Assembly (NCBI GenBank): GCA_002791275.1
Contig: PFWT01000006.1
Location: 8,831-72,830 of the forward strand
Length of the DNA stretch: 64,000 bases
Reading direction: 5' to 3'
Source: Candidatus Uhrbacteria bacterium CG_4_9_14_3_um_filter_41_35
Lineage (GTDB): Bacteria > Patescibacteriota > Patescibacteriia > UBA9934
Below, piece by piece: positions 40,775 through 51,325 of this stretch. Made by a program: the position numbers and the translations under genes. The notes under the pieces were generated by a model that did not search any database, was not told the origin of the DNA, and saw only the letters and a list, made by a program, of their open reading frames with translations. Each line of letters begins with the position of its first letter. The first letter of the stretch is position 1.

Positions 40775-41203
40775 CTAAATATTGTCAAACGTCAATTCTT
40801 CTTCTTTATCAAGACCCATATTACTATCGATCCATGATTGATTACCAGCTCTTGTGATCAGCATTAAAAACAAACCGATCATTATAAGCGCCCCAAAACC
40901 AATCAGACCGGCGATTGTAAGCTCTAAAACCCCACAACCAATCACAGACGAAAGTGTGTCTAAAAAATTCAGGTTAGGTTCTGCGCAAGCTTTCACCTGC
41001 CCTTCTCCAAGCCTAATGCCACCATAACTGGCACTAATTGCGGTAACCATCGAAGTAATTGTAAACAAACAACTGAATCTCGCTTTTCGCATTTTGGTCA
41101 TTCTAAAAAGTGCCATCACGGCAAAAAAAACACCACCTACAAACCAGTAAACCGGAAACCAGAAAGCAGTAATAATCGCTACAAACCAAAATATTTCTGT
41201 CAT
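40775..41203 (-). CDS. Hypothetical membrane protein (about 3 TM)
   Basis: Hydrophobic 142-aa ORF. Confidence 0.72.
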   Translation of the reverse strand: MTEIFWFVAIITAFWFPVYWFVGGVFFAVMALFRMTKMRKARFSCLFTITSMVTAISASYGGIRLGEGQVKACAEPNLNFLDTLSSVIGCGVLELTIAGLIGFGALIMIGLFLMLITRAGNQSWIDSNMGLDKEEELTFDNI

Positions 41204-41206
41204 AGA

Positions 41207-41359
41207 TTAAAAATTAATCAGGTAATCGATAAAACCGAAACCAAAGCTCACCACGAAAACTGAAATTGCAAACATTCGGGCATCTGAAGAGTTATTTTTT
41301 ATAGAATAATATGTAATCAAAATTCCAATAAAAAATACAAATGTGGCAAATGGTAGCAT
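41207..41359 (-). CDS. 50-aa 2-TM microprotein (not in the ORF track)
   Basis: MLPFATFVFFIGILITYYSIKNNSSDARMFAISVFVVSFGFGFIDYLINF*, ending 3 nt before the next ATG. Confidence 0.45.
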   Translation of the reverse strand: MLPFATFVFFIGILITYYSIKNNSSDARMFAISVFVVSFGFGFIDYLINF

Positions 41360-41477
41360 AAGCTCTACAAATCAACAGTTTATTTGAGTAACTTAGATGA
41401 AGTAGAACGTCTTGGCAAGCTAGGCTCTGAGTTATATATTGATTATAGCTTATAAATAAAAGAAACACGATTTTCCT

Positions 41478-41927
41478 ATGCTTGAATGGAACCCCTCAAT
41501 CTCCGTTAACGACGCAACTATAGATAGTCAACACCAAAAACTACTACATCAAATTAATGTACTTTTAGAAACAATACGTTCTCATTCAGAAAAAGAGAAG
41601 ACTGAAGAAAGTTTGAAGTTTCTGGATGATTACATTAACGATCATTTAGCTTATGAGGAAGTGTATATGAAAAAACACCAATATCCTGCATATAAAGAAC
41701 ATAAGCAGATTCACCAGACTTTCAAAAAAAGATATAAAGCCTTTAAAATAGAGCTAAAAACCGAGTCTAATGAGGTCGTTACAAACAACATAGAGAATTT
41801 CCTAGCTAACTGGTGGTGGAACCATATTTCAGTAGAAGATCAAAAATATCAGGATTATATTGAATTAATTGGAAAAGTACACCTCAAAAAGGAATCAGAA
41901 AACTTCCACCAGACTATTCAGAGTTAA
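41478..41927 (+). CDS. Bacteriohemerythrin
   Basis: W...IDSQH, HLAYEE, YP...HKQIH, WWWNHISVEDQKY: full set of di-iron ligands. Confidence 0.93.
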   Translation: MLEWNPSISVNDATIDSQHQKLLHQINVLLETIRSHSEKEKTEESLKFLDDYINDHLAYEEVYMKKHQYPAYKEHKQIHQTFKKRYKAFKIELKTESNEVVTNNIENFLANWWWNHISVEDQKYQDYIELIGKVHLKKESENFHQTIQS

Positions 41928-41970
41928 ATTAAACCTCTACAAAAAATACTTCCGCAAGGGAAGTATTTCT

Positions 41971-42047
41971 TGGTGGACCCACTTGGACTTGAACCAAGGA
42001 CCGCCGAGATATAAGCTCGGTGCTCTAACCAGCTGAGCTATGGGTCC
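41971..42047 (-). tRNA. tRNA-Ile(UAU)
   Basis: GGACCCA/TGGGTCC acceptor, CCGAG-CT-TAT-AT-CTCGG anticodon arm, TTCAA T-loop, encoded CCA, terminator at about 41943-41969. Confidence 0.93.
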
Positions 42048-42144
42048 GAATTTGTTTTCAGATTGAAAAAAAATTGTGTCTGAAACTGAAAAAAAAATAC
42101 CATTTAGACTTGATTTTGTCAAAGTAATGTGCCATACTCCTAGA

Positions 42145-43056
42145 ATGAAAAATCTTGCATACAAAATTGAAACTCCAGAGCGTCTTGACCAAGTGGTGGC
42201 CAAAGCTCTTCAGATTTCGCGAAGTAAAGTTCAAAAAGCCATAAAGGCCAAACAAATCCTAGTAAACGGTAAGGTTGAAACACCTCATTTTAAGCTTCAG
42301 GGAACCGAAATCCTCGCTTTTGACCCAACAAGTTTTGACGATAAAGTAATGAGTATCGACAAACCTCTGCCGTTAGACATCATCTACGAAAATGACGATG
42401 TTCTTGTTATAAACAAGCCGGCCAACCTTCTGGTTCACGAAACAGAATCTAGCACAGAGACAACTTTAGTTGATTCGATTTTAGCGTATAATAAAAAAAT
42501 AGCAAAAGTTGGCAACGATCCAAAGCGTGCCGGTATTGTGCACAGACTCGACAAAGACGCTTCTGGTGTAATGATCGTTGCTAAAAACAACAACGCTTTT
42601 GACCATCTTAAGAGGCAATTCATGGAACGAAAGACAACAAAACGCTACACAGTTATGGTTATGGGTCAGATGGAAAAGGATCACCAAACAATCATGATGC
42701 CAATCAGTCGCTCTAAAACTCATGGCCGAATGGCAGCTAAGCCAGCGAGCCAGGGTGGAAAAGAAGCGATTACACATTACGATGTTGTGGAGCGGTTCCG
42801 TCATCATTCCCTACTCGACGTTACTATTGAAACTGGGCGAACCCACCAGATTAGAGCCCATATGTTTGCACTTGCCCACCCGGTTGTTGGTGATAGACTG
42901 TACCGAATGAAGGGGATCAAACCTCGTCCGATCGGAAGAATCTTCCTACACGCTCGGGAACTCACAATTACTCTACCAAACGGTGAAGAAAAAATATTTA
43001 CTGCGCCCCTACCTGAGGATCTTCAGCTGGTACTTGCAGAGATTCCAAAATCATAA
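42145..43056 (+). CDS. rluD: RluA/RluD family pseudouridine synthase
   Basis: S4 domain RLDQVVA, INKPANLLVH, GIVHRLDKDASG, TGRTHQIRAH, GDRLY; likely start ATG 42145. Confidence 0.93.
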   Translation: MKNLAYKIETPERLDQVVAKALQISRSKVQKAIKAKQILVNGKVETPHFKLQGTEILAFDPTSFDDKVMSIDKPLPLDIIYENDDVLVINKPANLLVHETESSTETTLVDSILAYNKKIAKVGNDPKRAGIVHRLDKDASGVMIVAKNNNAFDHLKRQFMERKTTKRYTVMVMGQMEKDHQTIMMPISRSKTHGRMAAKPASQGGKEAITHYDVVERFRHHSLLDVTIETGRTHQIRAHMFALAHPVVGDRLYRMKGIKPRPIGRIFLHARELTITLPNGEEKIFTAPLPEDLQLVLAEIPKS

Positions 43057-43113
43057 ATCTAGAGTTAACGCTGGTTTTTTGCTTGAATAATTTCTTTGAA
43101 CTCAATACTAAAT

Positions 43114-43737
43114 ATGACCTACGAGGAAGCCCTAGGCTATCTTAAACAAATTCCGAACCTTAAAATCACCCTGTCAGGAGATATCGGATCTGGAAAATCT
43201 ACTTTTAGTAAACGGCTGTCTGCAACCCTAGGTATTGATCGGATTTACATAGGTCAACTAATGCGTGAGGAGGCACAAAGACGTGGTATGACCTTGGATG
43301 ATTTTAATGAGCTGTTAAAAATCGACAAAACAATTGATCAAGAAATTGATTTGGCGCAAAGAAAAAAAGCCGAAGGCTATAAAAAAGTTATTTTTGAAGG
43401 GCGAACTTCTTGGTACTTTGTGGAAAACGCTGATCTAAAGATCTTTTTGAAAGTAAACCCGGATATTGCAGCGCAAAGGGTTTGGGGTGATAATGACAAT
43501 CATTTGCGCGACACTTATAGCTCGATAGAACAAATTGTCGAGGCAAACAAAGCGCGTAAAGAAAATGAAATTGCCAGATATAAGGCGCTTTACAACATTA
43601 ACATTGCAGATGAGAGGAATTTTGACCTGATAATAGATACCTCAAATACTGGAATTGAAGAAACTTTCCGAGATAGCCTAGTAAGCATCGCGCAGTTTAT
43701 GAAGCAGAAGCAGGACTTGACTAATATTAGCGAGTAA
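43114..43737 (+). CDS. cmk: Cytidylate kinase (archaeal-type/short CMP kinase)
   Basis: ITLSGDIGSGKST, IFEGR, RYKALYNI, FDLIIDTS. Confidence 0.85.
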   Translation: MTYEEALGYLKQIPNLKITLSGDIGSGKSTFSKRLSATLGIDRIYIGQLMREEAQRRGMTLDDFNELLKIDKTIDQEIDLAQRKKAEGYKKVIFEGRTSWYFVENADLKIFLKVNPDIAAQRVWGDNDNHLRDTYSSIEQIVEANKARKENEIARYKALYNINIADERNFDLIIDTSNTGIEETFRDSLVSIAQFMKQKQDLTNISE

Positions 43738-43819
43738 GCTACACTGACGCCACTATTTAACAACCGATGAATGAAGACATTAATGCCTTCCTCTGATCAG
43801 GTGAAGTAACAAAAGTCTT

Positions 43820-44254
43820 ATGACGGAAGAGGAAAAGAAAGCTGTAGAAGCTCCTGAAATGGAAGCCCAGTCAGAGGAAAAAGAGGTAGAAACTACTTCA
43901 ATCCCTGAATCAGATGTAGAGGCTGAAGTTGTGGAAATGCCACATTCAGACATTCGCCCAGGAATGCTTGTACGAGTTCACGAAAAAATTAAAGAAGCAA
44001 ACCCAAAGGGAGAAATTAAAGAACGAATTCAGGTTTTTGAAGGAATTGTGCTTGGTCTAAAGAGTGCAAGCTCTGCAAGAACAATGACTGTTCGAAAAAA
44101 CTCAAAGGGTTGGATGGTTGAAAAAATCTTCCCACTTTCTTCACCAAACATCGACAAAATCGAAGTTGTGAAGCAGTATCGAACTAGACGAGCTAAAATC
44201 ACTTTCTTGCGCGGAAAGCACAAACGAAAGATGATCGAGGTAAAAACAAAATAA
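43820..44254 (+). CDS. rplS: 50S ribosomal protein L19 with acidic N-terminal extension
   Basis: IRPGMLVRVH, KERIQVFEG, VEKIFPLSSP, RRAKITFLR. Confidence 0.95.
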   Translation: MTEEEKKAVEAPEMEAQSEEKEVETTSIPESDVEAEVVEMPHSDIRPGMLVRVHEKIKEANPKGEIKERIQVFEGIVLGLKSASSARTMTVRKNSKGWMVEKIFPLSSPNIDKIEVVKQYRTRRAKITFLRGKHKRKMIEVKTK

Positions 44255-44276
44255 ATAACGATTTTATATCGTAAGC

Positions 44277-44307
44277 AAAAAACCCACGTTTAAAAACGTG
44301 GGTTTTT
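44277..44307. terminator. Bidirectional terminator between rplS and uvrA
   Basis: AAAAACCCACGTTT...AAACGTGGGTTTTT. Confidence 0.8.
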
Positions 44308-44389
44308 GTCAGCTAGACACGCACCAAATAAAGTTTGATGCTCACACCTAGCTCGAACCTATAAAATATCTAACCAACAGTCAGATATT

Positions 44390-47230
44390 TTATTTCATTG
44401 ATATCTTTAAGTGCTTTCCTGTTAGTGTTTTGTTCTTGGCAATATCTTTCGGTGTTCCTTCACCGACCACAATTCCACCTTTTTGCCCACCTTCTGGACC
44501 CATATCAATAAGCCAATCTGACGATTTCATTATGTCGGTATTATGTTCAATTACAAGCACAGTATTACCTTTGTCGACCAACGCTTGTAACACACCAAGT
44601 AATCGCTCAATGTCCTCAAAATGTAAGCCTGTTGTTGGTTCATCAAGAATATACAGCGTCTTCCCGGTTGAACGTCTTGAAAGTTCTGTTGCTAATTTTA
44701 CTCGCTGAGCCTCACCACCTGAAAGCGTCGTCGCCGACTGACCCAAACGTAAATAGCCCAGCCCAACTTCGTTTAAAATATTCAACTTATCTGCAATCAG
44801 AGGTTTGTCAGCAAAAAATCTTCGCGCTTCGTCAATTGTCATCCCTAAAACATCGGAGATGTTTTTACTTCGGTAGTGAACTTCAAGTACATCTACATGA
44901 TATCTAGTACCATTACACTGAACACAATCAGTGTAAACATCAGGCATAAACTGCATTTCAATCCGAATCTGCCCATCTCCAGCACAACCTTCACAGCGAC
45001 CCCCACCTTTTACATTAAAACTAAACTTTCCAGCATCATAACTTCTAAGTTTTGCCTCTGGCGTTTCAGTAAACAAATCTCTAATCGCCGTAAACACACC
45101 TGTGTACGTTGCCGGATTTGATCTTGGCGTGCGACCAATTGGCGACTGATCCACCGTTACAACCTTATCGATATTATTCAAACCTTTTATCTCCTTATGC
45201 GCCCCTGGAAACGCTTTAGCTCTGTAAAAATGTTTTGCAAGAACCCTACCTAAAATGTCTAAAATTAACGTTGATTTTCCAGACCCAGACACGCCGGTTA
45301 CGCAAACCATTTTTCCAAGCGGAATATCGACCGAAACATTTTGCAAATTGTTTTCAGTTGCCCCCTTAATTGAAAGCTTTTTACCGTTCCCAATTCGCAC
45401 CTTGTCCCTAATTTTAATTCTCTTTTTTCGAGACAAGTATTGCCCAGTTAATGAGTTTGGATTCTTAATTAACTGTTCTGGAATTCCTTCAGCAACTATC
45501 TGTCCGCCGTACGCTCCTGCACCTGGACCAACATCAAAAACATAATCAGCTGATCTGATCATTTCCTCATCGTGTTCAACAACTAAAACGGAATTTCCCA
45601 TATCCCTCAGGTGTTTGATGGTTTTAATCAGATGTTCGTTGTCTCGAGGGTGAAGTCCAATCGAAGGTTCGTCGAGTACATAAATTACCCCTGAAAGTGC
45701 TGACCCAAGTTGTGTTGCTAACCTAACCCGCTGTGATTCTCCACCTGAAAGCGTCATTGCGCTACGGTCTAGTGTAAGATAACCCAAACCAACATCAATT
45801 AAATGCTCGGCTCTTTCACGAATCTCTTTTTGAACCCGTTCAATCACTAGTCTTTCAGCTTCTGAGAAACCAAGTAAATTATTTTTTTTACTTGTTACTT
45901 TGAGAAGTTCGTCGAAAAACGCAGGTACAGCTTCAATTGGGCGCGTAACTACATCCGCAATACTTTTGCCTGCAATTGTAAACAATAAAACCTCTGGTCG
46001 AAGGCGCATCCCTTTGCAACCAGGGCAAACCATACTGCGCATATATGTTTCGAGCTCTTTGCGAACGTAGTCCGAATTTGTTTCTCGATACTTCTTATCG
46101 AGCATCCCGAGCACACCTAAAAATCTCACCTTTTCACCTTTAAAATCAAACAGTTCGTCCCCTGTTCCGTTTAAAAATATTTCTAAATTTTTCTTACTAA
46201 AAGTTTCAAGTGGTTCGTTTAAACTGAACTTATACTTCCTACTAACTTTTGTTAAAAGCTCCAAATTGCCAGACTGATTCCCAGCAATTCTACTCCAAGG
46301 TTTCACCACACCTTCGGCAATAGTCAGTCGCTTGTTTGGAATAACTAACTTCGGTTCCAAAACGAGCTTCATTCCAAGACCGGTACATTCTTCGCAAGCT
46401 CCGTGAAGTGAGTTAAAAGAGAATAGTTTTGGCTCGGGTTTTGGAATATTAAAACCGTTTAAGAGATTATAACCTTTTACCAGTTCCACCTCATCTCCAC
46501 TGTCGTCCCGGTACATCAATAATCGATCATTGCCAAGATCAAAGGCTCTCTCCAAAATAGTCTTCATTCTTTCGGTATTAATCCTTTCTCCAGCTGAAAA
46601 GCGCCCGGCCAAAATCTCGATAGTGTGCTCTTTGGTTTTTAGCTTGCGCATATCCACAGCTTCATCAAGGTCCATAAGCAGGCCGTCAAATCTTACCTCT
46701 TTAAAACCCGCATTTTGAGCGCCGACTAATACATGTTGGTGTTCACCCTTTTGGTTTTCAACCATCGGAATAAACAAAAGCACCTCACAAAATTTAATTA
46801 CACTGAGTATTTGATCAGCAATATTCTCGATTGAATTTTCCTTGATTGGCTCACCTGTTTCCGGGTGATGCGGCCGACCTATCCGCGCGTAAAGCACGCG
46901 AAGATAATCATAAATATCCGTCACTGTTCCGACGGTTGAACGTGGATTATTAGATGATGATTTTTGATCAATTGCAACCGTTGGTGAAAGACCGTCTATT
47001 GAATCCACATCAGGTTTATCTTGAAGTTCCAAAAACTGACGCGCATAACTCGACAGAGATTCCATATAGCGCCGCTGTCCCTCTGCGTAAACAGTATCAA
47101 ATGCCAGTGAAGATTTTCCACTTCCAGATAAACCGGTAAAGACAACTAGCTTGTCTTTCGGTATCTCACAGTCAACATTTTTAAGGTTGTGCACTCGCGC
47201 TCCGCGAATGGAAATAAAATCATTTTTCAT
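44390..47230 (-). CDS. uvrA: Excinuclease ABC subunit A
   Basis: [23 protein letters not shown], two LSGGE signatures, GVSGSGKS; likely start ATG 47230. Confidence 0.98.
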   Translation of the reverse strand: MKNDFISIRGARVHNLKNVDCEIPKDKLVVFTGLSGSGKSSLAFDTVYAEGQRRYMESLSSYARQFLELQDKPDVDSIDGLSPTVAIDQKSSSNNPRSTVGTVTDIYDYLRVLYARIGRPHHPETGEPIKENSIENIADQILSVIKFCEVLLFIPMVENQKGEHQHVLVGAQNAGFKEVRFDGLLMDLDEAVDMRKLKTKEHTIEILAGRFSAGERINTERMKTILERAFDLGNDRLLMYRDDSGDEVELVKGYNLLNGFNIPKPEPKLFSFNSLHGACEECTGLGMKLVLEPKLVIPNKRLTIAEGVVKPWSRIAGNQSGNLELLTKVSRKYKFSLNEPLETFSKKNLEIFLNGTGDELFDFKGEKVRFLGVLGMLDKKYRETNSDYVRKELETYMRSMVCPGCKGMRLRPEVLLFTIAGKSIADVVTRPIEAVPAFFDELLKVTSKKNNLLGFSEAERLVIERVQKEIRERAEHLIDVGLGYLTLDRSAMTLSGGESQRVRLATQLGSALSGVIYVLDEPSIGLHPRDNEHLIKTIKHLRDMGNSVLVVEHDEEMIRSADYVFDVGPGAGAYGGQIVAEGIPEQLIKNPNSLTGQYLSRKKRIKIRDKVRIGNGKKLSIKGATENNLQNVSVDIPLGKMVCVTGVSGSGKSTLILDILGRVLAKHFYRAKAFPGAHKEIKGLNNIDKVVTVDQSPIGRTPRSNPATYTGVFTAIRDLFTETPEAKLRSYDAGKFSFNVKGGGRCEGCAGDGQIRIEMQFMPDVYTDCVQCNGTRYHVDVLEVHYRSKNISDVLGMTIDEARRFFADKPLIADKLNILNEVGLGYLRLGQSATTLSGGEAQRVKLATELSRRSTGKTLYILDEPTTGLHFEDIERLLGVLQALVDKGNTVLVIEHNTDIMKSSDWLIDMGPEGGQKGGIVVGEGTPKDIAKNKTLTGKHLKISMK

Positions 47231-47236
47231 GCAAAA

Positions 47237-47288
47237 TCCGTTCATTTTTAAATGAACGGAGCATAGCATTTAATAAAAGGCGTGGCAA
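47237..47288 (-). promoter_or_regulatory. uvrA promoter with overlapping palindromic operator
   Basis: TTGCCA-17-TATGCT immediately followed by a palindrome with 11-bp arms (47237-47260). Confidence 0.6.
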
Positions 47289-47310
47289 GAGTAGATGTTC
47301 GCTCTAAAAA

Positions 47311-48945
47311 CTATGGAGTTGGAGAAATTAACTTTTGTGCGGCATCCGTTGCTTTACTCATATTAGAACTCGGCGCTCCACTTGTGAAACCAACATTCTG
47401 ACAGTCGAAAGCTACGAACTTATCTGGACCAAAAATTCCCAGTGCCGTAACTTTTATATAGCCATTTTCTAAATCGTTCACCGTCAATTCTTTAGTCGCG
47501 CAACTACCCCCAGCGTCCTTCGCAATATTACAAACATCTTTCCCACACACTGAATCAAAAAGTTTCTTATACTCCTCGTGATTCACGAAATCTGTTGGAA
47601 CATACCAGTAAAGAAAACCGAACTGAGTAGATAATTCTGAAGTGGTAATACCTGACAAATTTCTAGTAGTAAACTTATTTGCCCTAGTCCCAAGATAAGT
47701 GTAGGCCGAACAACCTTCATCTCCATGTTCCGCTTTTAATATATTGCAATCTAGCCCATTGTCCGCATGCTTGTAGTAAACCTCGACACACCTGTCTATC
47801 GGTACCGAACTTAAAACCGATGCATTAAAATAATGACACGAGGACTTAACACCATCCTTAACTTCGAGATTACTTAGTGCTGCACACGTTGATTGTGAAG
47901 GTTTCGGCGGTACATCTGTGGTTCTGTAACCAATCTCCCCGCAGGTATAGCAAGCGTAGTTGTGCTCTGTGTCTTGCAAACACTCCTCGGTCTTTCCGGG
48001 ACACTCAAAGTATGTGCAGGTATCTCCCACCACAAAACCATCCGAACCCTGCAGTTCATCTCCGTTTGCACTAACTATGCTTGTGATCACTCCCTTTTTA
48101 CCGCAGAGCGCCTGACTTTCCATTGTAATTGTAAAAATGACATCCTTTCTTTCAGACAGTGCAGTACATCCAAGGCTCTTATCTACATAATCCATCTCCC
48201 TTATTTTCGGTACACCTAAATTTTTAAACTTAACTACACTTGGATCAATAAGAGTTCCGAGAGTAACAGCAAAGAATAATAAAGTGAGCCCAATAATCAC
48301 TGAGTTAATTCTCTGTTTAGCTTTACTGATTTCATTTTCGCGACCACGGGCCAGCATCCACTCAACGCCAGCGACCATAATCATCACTATCGCAATTAAA
48401 GCTCCAGCACCGAGCAAAAAATCATAAACCGCGTTTATATATTCACCAAGATTTCCTGATTTTTTAAGACTCCCAATTGGGACCCCTAAAGTTACCTTTG
48501 TTGAACCGCCGAAATCTGGAATATAACCAGACGGATTATAACAATACCCTTGGCCCGGCAAACAAAAATTTTCCTGCCCTCCCCAAACCGAAGGTTCAGG
48601 TTCTGCCTTATCCTCAACTGGTCTTCTATCCGAAGAACAGGCCGCAGCTGTCCAGCACATCTTATTATTTTCCGGTCGGTTATCTACCTGATCTTGGTTG
48701 TAACAACCAAGTGTACTAATGCCCGGGCCTTTGCATAAGTTTCTACACTCCTCTATCCCTGCAACCGCAGTTTTTTTCTCAGCCCCATTTTCGGTTTTGC
48801 AAAAACAGTCACAAGAAGATATATCTCCTGATGTTGTGGTTTTCGCCCCCACAAAAGAAGAGGTACCTGCGAATCCGATACTAATTACAATTATTAAGGC
48901 AAATTTAAACAGGGTTTTAAACATATTAAACAAATTATAGCACAA
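47311..48945 (-). CDS. Cysteine-rich exported protein with central TrbC/VirB2-like pilin module
   Basis: Signal-like N-terminus; YINAVYDFLLGAGALIAIVMIMVAGVEWMLARG...KAKQRINSVIIGL pilin hairpin; about 26 Cys in the flanking domains. Confidence 0.75.
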   Translation of the reverse strand: MCYNLFNMFKTLFKFALIIVISIGFAGTSSFVGAKTTTSGDISSCDCFCKTENGAEKKTAVAGIEECRNLCKGPGISTLGCYNQDQVDNRPENNKMCWTAAACSSDRRPVEDKAEPEPSVWGGQENFCLPGQGYCYNPSGYIPDFGGSTKVTLGVPIGSLKKSGNLGEYINAVYDFLLGAGALIAIVMIMVAGVEWMLARGRENEISKAKQRINSVIIGLTLLFFAVTLGTLIDPSVVKFKNLGVPKIREMDYVDKSLGCTALSERKDVIFTITMESQALCGKKGVITSIVSANGDELQGSDGFVVGDTCTYFECPGKTEECLQDTEHNYACYTCGEIGYRTTDVPPKPSQSTCAALSNLEVKDGVKSSCHYFNASVLSSVPIDRCVEVYYKHADNGLDCNILKAEHGDEGCSAYTYLGTRANKFTTRNLSGITTSELSTQFGFLYWYVPTDFVNHEEYKKLFDSVCGKDVCNIAKDAGGSCATKELTVNDLENGYIKVTALGIFGPDKFVAFDCQNVGFTSGAPSSNMSKATDAAQKLISPTP

Positions 48946-49026
48946 AGATCCTTAAATGATGTTATACTAATAACAGCGGAACAGAGGGTTTACAAAAACA
49001 AGGGTTTTTGGTAGTCTAACCACACT

Positions 49027-49236
49027 ATGATATTAGATATTGTACAAATTATTTTAGCTGTCCTGTTAATCGGATCAATCCTTTTGCAGGCTCGTGGTAC
49101 CGGTCTTGGCGCCGGTTTTGGTGGAGAAGGAACAGTTTTCCGAACTAAACGCGGTGTAGAAAAAAAATTACACAACACCACAATAGTTATTGCTATTTTA
49201 TTCTTCGGTATTTCTTTAGCGAACGTTTTGTTCTAA
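49027..49236 (+). CDS. secG: Preprotein translocase subunit SecG
   Basis: ILLQARGTGLGAGFGG...KRGVEKKL, two TM segments. Confidence 0.93.
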   Translation: MILDIVQIILAVLLIGSILLQARGTGLGAGFGGEGTVFRTKRGVEKKLHNTTIVIAILFFGISLANVLF

Positions 49237-49252
49237 TAAACAGAACTTCTAA

Positions 49253-51088
49253 ATGTCCCAAGGTAAAACATCTATTATTACACGAATAATTAAGCGCATT
49301 AAGCATAATGCGCGAAGTTTGTTTAAACAAAAATCTGGAGGGGCAAAAAAAGCCGATATTGGACTTGCGATGGAGCAGGTTATTAAAGCTAGAGAAACTC
49401 AGACTTTTCCCTCACTAGCTCAGCTTGTCCACCTACCAAAATTACTTACAGCTACCGAAAAACAGATAGCACTTGTGGCTATTTTAACAATCATTACCAC
49501 TGGTTCGGTTCTAGGTTTTCAATATTTCAACGGTGGCCGTGTTGAAGTTGCTTCGATCGGTGGTGTTTATACAGAAGGTTTTATTGGTTTTCCACAACTT
49601 ATCAACCCACTTTACGCCAGCACCAGTGACGCTGACAATGACCTAGCTCACTTAATCTATTCTGGATTAATGCGGTACGACAGCAATGAAGGTTTAGTTC
49701 CAGATCTCGCAGAGTCCTACACTGTGTCAGAAGACGGTAAGACCTACACTTTCAATTTGCGAGATGATGCTAAATGGCACGATGGCAAGCCTGTTCAGGT
49801 GGATGACATTATCTTTACTTTTACCGCTATTCAAAATCCTGAATACCGAAGTCCCCTTCAAATTAGCTTTTCTGGTATCTCAATAAAACAAACAGGTGAG
49901 CACACTGTGGTTTTTGAGCTAAGCGAACCGTTCAATCCATTCCTTTCCCTACTGACAGTTGGGATTTTACCTTCTCATTTGTGGCAAGATATCGCCCCAC
50001 TCAACGTAGCTGTTACTGAACTCAATAAAAAACCTATCGGTTCTGGTCCTTTTACATTCGAAAAACTAGAAAAAGATAGTAAAGGTATTAGGAGCTACAC
50101 CCTTAGCGCGAACCGTGATTTTTACCGAGGTTCGCCAAAAATTGATAGTTTCATTGTAAAATTTTACACCGACGCAACTTCCGCAACCGAGGCATTAAGA
50201 AATCAAAATATTGAAGGAATTTCTTACCTACCTCCAGAAGTAGTAACTGATTTTGAAAATGATCCAAAATTAAACATCTTCTCACCAGCACTTCACCAAT
50301 ATAATGCGGTTTTCTTCAACCAAAAAAACAGTGTGGTTATCGAAGATGACGCTGTTCGTAAAGCGTTAGCGGGGTCAGTTGATCGAATTGAACTAATTAA
50401 CGAGGCGCTAGGAGGCCGCGGAAAAGTTACAAATTCCTTTATTTTAGACGGTATGATTGGTGCTTATCCAGACTTAGTAGTGCCAAAACTAGATCTTGCA
50501 GATGCTAATAAAACCCTCGAAGATGCTGGTTGGCTTCTCGAGGAAGGTTCCCCTATTCGAAAAAAAGGTGAACAATCCTTAAGTATTCAAATTTCAACTT
50601 TAGGTTCAGAGGAATTTGTTAAGACAGCAGAAGTTCTAAAAACCCAGTGGTTAAAAGTGGGGGCAGATATTTCTATAAATATAATTTCAAATACCGACTT
50701 CCAGAACAATACCTTACGCAACCGGGAATATGACATTCTGCTTTCTGGCGAACTTTATGGTATTGATCCAGATCCTTACGCTTTTTGGCATTCTTCACAA
50801 ACAAATTACCCTGGATTTAACCTTTCAGGTTTTAGCAACCGTAAAGCTGATGAGTTCATAGAACAAGGCAGAATTGATACTGACCCTGAAAAACGTGCCG
50901 AAGCCTACCGCGCTTTGCAGGATCTTGTGATTGAAGAAAACTCGGCCATCTTCCTGTACCAACCGACTTATAGCTTTGCATTACCTAAAAAACTCCAAAA
51001 TGTCTCGGTTTCACATATCATTTCACCAGCCGATCGTTTTAGCACGATCACTGACTGGTATATTAAAACAAAAAAGATTTTTGAGTAA
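49253..51088 (+). CDS. Peptide ABC transporter substrate-binding protein (OppA/DppA family)
   Basis: LIYSGL, PDLAESY...YTFNLR...WHDG, PIGSGPF, WHSSQ. Confidence 0.9.
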   Translation: MSQGKTSIITRIIKRIKHNARSLFKQKSGGAKKADIGLAMEQVIKARETQTFPSLAQLVHLPKLLTATEKQIALVAILTIITTGSVLGFQYFNGGRVEVASIGGVYTEGFIGFPQLINPLYASTSDADNDLAHLIYSGLMRYDSNEGLVPDLAESYTVSEDGKTYTFNLRDDAKWHDGKPVQVDDIIFTFTAIQNPEYRSPLQISFSGISIKQTGEHTVVFELSEPFNPFLSLLTVGILPSHLWQDIAPLNVAVTELNKKPIGSGPFTFEKLEKDSKGIRSYTLSANRDFYRGSPKIDSFIVKFYTDATSATEALRNQNIEGISYLPPEVVTDFENDPKLNIFSPALHQYNAVFFNQKNSVVIEDDAVRKALAGSVDRIELINEALGGRGKVTNSFILDGMIGAYPDLVVPKLDLADANKTLEDAGWLLEEGSPIRKKGEQSLSIQISTLGSEEFVKTAEVLKTQWLKVGADISINIISNTDFQNNTLRNREYDILLSGELYGIDPDPYAFWHSSQTNYPGFNLSGFSNRKADEFIEQGRIDTDPEKRAEAYRALQDLVIEENSAIFLYQPTYSFALPKKLQNVSVSHIISPADRFSTITDWYIKTKKIFE

Positions 51089-51325
51089 AAGCATTGACAG
51101 TCTCTCTAAAAAATGCTAATATTCAAGCTTCTGTTCCGATATTTTTTCAAAGACTTCGTGTTTTAAAGGTATTTTTGCAGTTTTTAATAAAATAGCTGAT
51201 TTTGCTTGTAGTGAGTTTTGCATTCGAGCCAATACAATTATTTTTTTAATTTGTAATTTAAAATAGTTGAAACACTTTCTTGTTCTTTTGAACATTTTTT
51301 AGTGAGATTTCAGCAATAAAAATAT

